A stretch of 64,000 bases of DNA from Paraphysomonas bandaiensis (lineage: Eukaryota > Protista > Chrysophyceae): NCBI GenBank assembly GCA_965644295.1, contig CBFFRP010000363.1:634950-698949 (forward strand), given 5' to 3'. Position numbers and translations under genes: made by a program. The notes under the pieces were generated by a model, which saw only the letters and a program-made list of their open reading frames with translations, made no database searches and was not told the DNA's origin. Below are positions 59,680-64,000 of this stretch, one piece after another; positions within the stretch are counted from its first letter, which is position 1; each line of letters begins with the position of its first letter.

Positions 59680-60471
59680 CTACTCATCTACAAGCACAAT
59701 CTCTCCACATGCAATCCTGCCACCAGCATTTCCTGTGGTCAGAGAGAGCTCATGCCCCCCCCTACCGAGGTCATCCTCACCGGCGTGAACCATCACAGAC
59801 CGTCCGACAACAGAGTATTTTCCCGTTCTAAAGACGTATACGTGGAATGAATAAAAAGTCACAAAAGACGAGCAAACAACTCACAGCTTTACGACGCCGT
59901 CGTAGATCACCCCCTGTGCTACGCCCCAATGATTTGCGACGACATTTCCCAGGTCGCCTACATGTCGGACCTGAGTCAAATGTTTATTAGTTAAGGTAAA
60001 ACACAATAATATCACAATATCATGCATACTTCATCATTTCGGCCACCGTGCGTTACACCATGAGGGTTGTAGTGGGGCCCAGCACTAATGCAACCCTTTT
60101 CAAAATTGGCATATTCATGACTACAACATCGTATTAGAGAAAACACTAATCTATTGTTGAATTCTATACATATGAAAGCCGTGCTTCCCTTGCGCCAGCC
60201 CCGTTATATGGTAATATATTTTACATACTTCACCGTCATCAATGAAAGTAACTTTTCCCTTAACGCAGCCATCATCTTGTCCTCCATCACATGGGTTGCC
60301 ATTCGGACCGACATAACACACAGCCATTACCGGATTCAATTTGGATGCCGGCCGGGTTGCTTCTTTGCTCTTGCATTGGGCAGTGTACTTGGAGCTGAAC
60401 AATAATGCAGAGGATACGCCAATCGCAGCAGCGGGAATTCTTGAGCTAGGAGAAAAAAATAGCCTGTGCAT
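59680..60471 (-). CDS. SOD1: Cu/Zn superoxide dismutase with N-terminal targeting extension (4 exons)
   Basis: [44 protein letters not shown] and [11 protein letters not shown], spread across three GT-AG introns. Confidence 0.95.
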
Positions 60472-60761
60472 GTCAGGTATCGCACTCTAATATACCAATC
60501 GTTTAAGTATCTCAACACTGAAGCTTGCAAATTATATATCGAATAGTTGCATAGTTGCAAAGCTACATATAGGGGTGTGGTGTACAGCAGTAGGAGTACG
60601 AGTACAGAGTATGTGCTTGTGAGACACAGAAGCCACTACATCCTACAACAGGTACAATATATAGTAACAGCATCAAGCTGAAATACATGAACAGTATAAT
60701 TGTATAACTACGTGTATACCGCATGTACAGATAGACGTATGTAGACAGCATCCCTATCCGT

Positions 60762-63554
60762 ATGTGCACAGGAGCCACTCTACTCTACAATGTGATAACT
60801 CTCCAAGATGCCTTAGCACTATCAATGACCAGAACCATGAAAGAGGTCATGGCTACCAATGATACAAAACCCAGAGCACCACGTCGTAGCCCTACCTTTA
60901 GAGAGAAGTCCCTATCAAGTGGAGAGGACTCTGTCCCTCTTCTTCGACTGAACAGAGAGAGGACAGAAGGGCAGGAGAGCAGAGATAACGGGATCGCATC
61001 ACACCAATATGAGGAGATTGAGAGCGAGATATGGAGACATCATCAGCTTCAGCGCCAATTTGGAACTCGCGGACACTGGTGGTCGCATGAGAACAAGAGA
61101 GTAATCAGGAAGTGGGCTCAGACTCTTGTTATTGGCTGCTGCACTGGTGTAGTGGCATACCTCATCATCAGCTGGACAACCAGTCTGACATCAATTAAGT
61201 TCAAAATGTTCTATTCTCTAATTGAGAGGGAACGGTACGGTTCTCTGCCGTTTGGTACGGCTTTTGCCGCGTACACACTCTTCAATCTGTGCTGTGTAAC
61301 CCTTGCCTTTGCGACTGTGTACATCGCCCCTGCTGCTGCTGGTTCTGGCATCCCTGAGGTTAAATGTTTTCTCAATGGTCTCAATGTGAACGTACTAGAG
61401 CTGAAGACCATACTATGCAAGATTGTGGGCATAGTTTTCACTGTGTCGGGCGGTCTGCCAGCTGGGAAGGAGGGACCTATGATTCATTCAGGAGCGGGCA
61501 TAGCGGTCCTCCTTAGCCAGTCTACTTTTATTACTGAAATGCTTGGCATGCACGGAACATTTCGTAAGTTTCAGGACTTTCACAACGATAGTGAGAAAAG
61601 GGATTTCGTGGCATGTGGCGCGGCCGCTGGTGTTGCGGCAGCTTTCGGTGCTCCTGTAGGGGGCGTGCTCTTCTCTCTTGAAGAAGGCGCATCATTCTGG
61701 TCCACTCGTCTCACCTGGCGTTGTTTCTTTTGTGCTATGGTGACTGTAACTACTTTGTTTGTGGTCCGCACTGTTAATATCCACCTCGGACAAGCAAACG
61801 TTAACGCCATGTTTTCGTTTGGACAATTCTACAAGCTACAAGGTTCAGTATATAACTTCTCGGTTTTCGAGCTACCTGTGTTCTGCCTGATTGGGGGGCT
61901 GGGTGGATTACTAGGGGCTGCTTTTAATGAAGCAAACAAACGTTTGCACTCCCACAGAATGCGTACTTATATATCGAATACCTGTGCTAGGTACAGAGAG
62001 GTGCTAATGGTGTCGCTACTTATGTCCTGTGTTTGCTTTTGGGTTCCAGTTCTAGTGTAAGTGCTGTCTCTATATCTTATATAATCTATGTATTGGCAAT
62101 TGTATTTGTATCGTAGTGTAATTACACATCTTTGTATTTGACATAGTTTGTAGTCCAAGTTGTACTCCACGCCCATTTGATATGGAAGAGTGGTCTGACC
62201 AAGAGAAGACCCTGGCTGGTCGGCTAGTACCCCTGTACTGTGATCCCACTCAGGAATACGACCAGCTGGGGAGCCTCTTCCTGACCGACAGTGATACCGC
62301 TATAAAACAACTCTTTCATTTTAGAGAGCTGGGAGACAACGCCGAGCCCACATTCTCCTCGACTTCGCTTCTACTCTTCTACACTCTCTATATGATGGTG
62401 ACATGTCTTACTTACGGCACCGCTGTGCCATCTGGACTGTTTGTACCGTCACTTTTGCCAGGTGAGTATATATTCAGATTATGTGTGGCGAATTGCACTA
62501 ATCTTGTATGCAGGGGCGGCTTTCGGCCGTTTGGTGGGCCATCTGCTACACGCACTGGACAATAGACGTGGCACTTTTGCGGATAGCGGTACATTTGCGC
62601 TAGTTGGAGCGGCAGCAGGTTTAGGAGGAATGGCGCGGATGACAATTTCTCTTACTGTGATACTGCTTGAAGCCACTGGGGACATTCAATACATAGTTCC
62701 GTTAATGCTGACTGTCATGTTCGCGCGTTGGATAGGAAACATTTACAATGACGGTTTGTATGATATTCATATTCGCCTCAAACACGTACCCTTCCTTGAG
62801 GAGAGCGAAGATACAGATATGGTATGTGTCCGCATTTATATATATTGTTGTAATTTTTCTCGTATGTAGCACGTGGAATTAACTGTTGAGGATATTATGA
62901 CAAGGAACCCTGTATGTTTTCCTTGCATAGCGAGTGTGGGCGACGTATACGATGTGCTGGTTGAATGCAAGCATGGGTGTTTTCCAGTGGTTGACGATTG
63001 TGATGGGGCACCCAATGGCGTGCTTATTGGGACTGTTGCGAGAAAGGTGTGTACTTGTTTAGTACATAAGTAATGCTAATTATTTTTAGGTATTATGTAC
63101 GCTGATATTGCACAAAGCATTTGGTTATTCGGACGAGAAGCCTGACGCGTCTGCCGGACCAGCGTCTCCCCTGGTTAATTGGGGAACTCTTGAAAGTTCG
63201 TATCCAAATTATCCTGACACGAAGTCTATATCAGTGACCCCTTTGGAGCGTGGCGCGTGGCTAGACTTGCGTCCGTATATGGAAAGAGGGCCACATGTAC
63301 TTTACACTAGCACATCTGTGCAGAGAGCATACAAAATATTCCGTACTCTAGGTTTGCGACACCTTTTCGTTATTAATAATGCAAACCAAGTCAAAGGTAT
63401 TATAACCAGATCGGAGCTTCTTCCCGAAAATATCCGAAAGCAATCTCACTATCCGCTCTACAGTGAAAATTCCAGCAGGTGCTTTGGCAAAGTGACGAGG
63501 AAGAAGTCAGATAATACTATCACACTTGATGGCTTGCACATAGATCATTTATAA
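60762..63554 (+). CDS. CLC chloride/proton antiporter (CLC-6/7-like) with two CBS domains, multi-exon
   Basis: GSGIPE, GKEGP (gating Glu), LFSLEEG (proton Glu), SGLFVP, GLYD, and CBS motifs HGCFPVV and LGLRHLFV. The true start may be a Met slightly downstream. Confidence 0.95.
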
Positions 63555-63594
63555 TCAATCGACCATGTTATATTATAGTTTATAGATTGTTGCA

Positions 63595-63956
63595 TAGGGT
63601 TAGGGTTAGGGTTAGGGTTAGGGTTAGGGTTAGGGTTAGGGTTAGGGTTAGGGTTAGGGTTAGGGTTAGGGTTAGGGTTAGGGTTAGGGTTAGGGTTAGG
63701 GTTAGGGTTAGGGTTAGGGTTAGGGTTAGGGTTAGGGTTAGGGTTAGGGTTAGGGTTAGGGTTAGGGTTAGGGTTAGGGTTAGGGTTAGGGTTAGGGTTA
63801 GGGTTAGGGTTAGGGTTAGGGTTAGGGTTAGGGTTAGGGTTAGGGTTAGGGTTAGGGTTAGGGTTAGGGTTAGGGTTAGGGTTAGGGTTAGGGTTAGGGT
63901 TAGGGTTAGGGTTAGGGTTAGGGTTAGGGTTAGGGTTAGGGTTAGGGTTAGGGTTA
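63595..63956 (+). repeat. Telomeric (TTAGGG)n array, about 60 units
   Basis: Perfect hexamer array with the G-rich strand running toward the window end. Confidence 0.99.
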
Positions 63957-63972
63957 AATAAAATAGGGTTAG

Positions 63973-64000
63973 AGCAAATGTAACTGAACGAAGTACACTA
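63973..64000. other. Oxford Nanopore ligation adapter remnant (artefact)
   Basis: agcaaatgtaactgaacgaagtaca closely matches the adapter reverse complement AGCAATACGTAACTGAACGAAGTACATT. Confidence 0.9.

Noticed and set aside
63587-63961. 124-aa (RV)n ORF
   Set aside because: It is simply the translation of the telomeric repeat.

Overview
This is the terminal 64 kb of a linear eukaryotic chromosome. Short GT-AG introns of about 45-70 nt, TTAGGG telomeres and the gene set suggest a stramenopile protist (inference). The window ends in about 60 TTAGGG repeats followed by an Oxford Nanopore adapter remnant. About 14 host genes are present, mostly in head-to-head pairs: a C-terminal C2H2 zinc-finger gene end, nucleoside hydrolase, Baeyer-Villiger monooxygenase, SAC3/GANP, indoleamine 2,3-dioxygenase, VPS53, an unknown mitochondrial-type protein, a secretory JmjC protein, an EF-hand protein, a RING protein, a GHMP kinase, a CDPK-like kinase, Cu/Zn SOD and a CLC antiporter. 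The CLC stop codon lies 40 bp from the telomere. A repeat island at 32.7-44.8 kb holds an intact, apparently very young Ty1/Copia element with non-canonical ends, inserted into a minisatellite. The same island holds a Mutator (MULE) element nested inside another copy of its own family. The inner copy carries a 23-bp minisatellite and a 152-bp satellite built from the transposase's own SWIM exon plus intron. Non-autonomous hAT elements, a MITE, a captured DnaJ fragment and dispersed repeats of unknown type fill other intergenic gaps. Exon boundaries were read by eye and no database searches were run.
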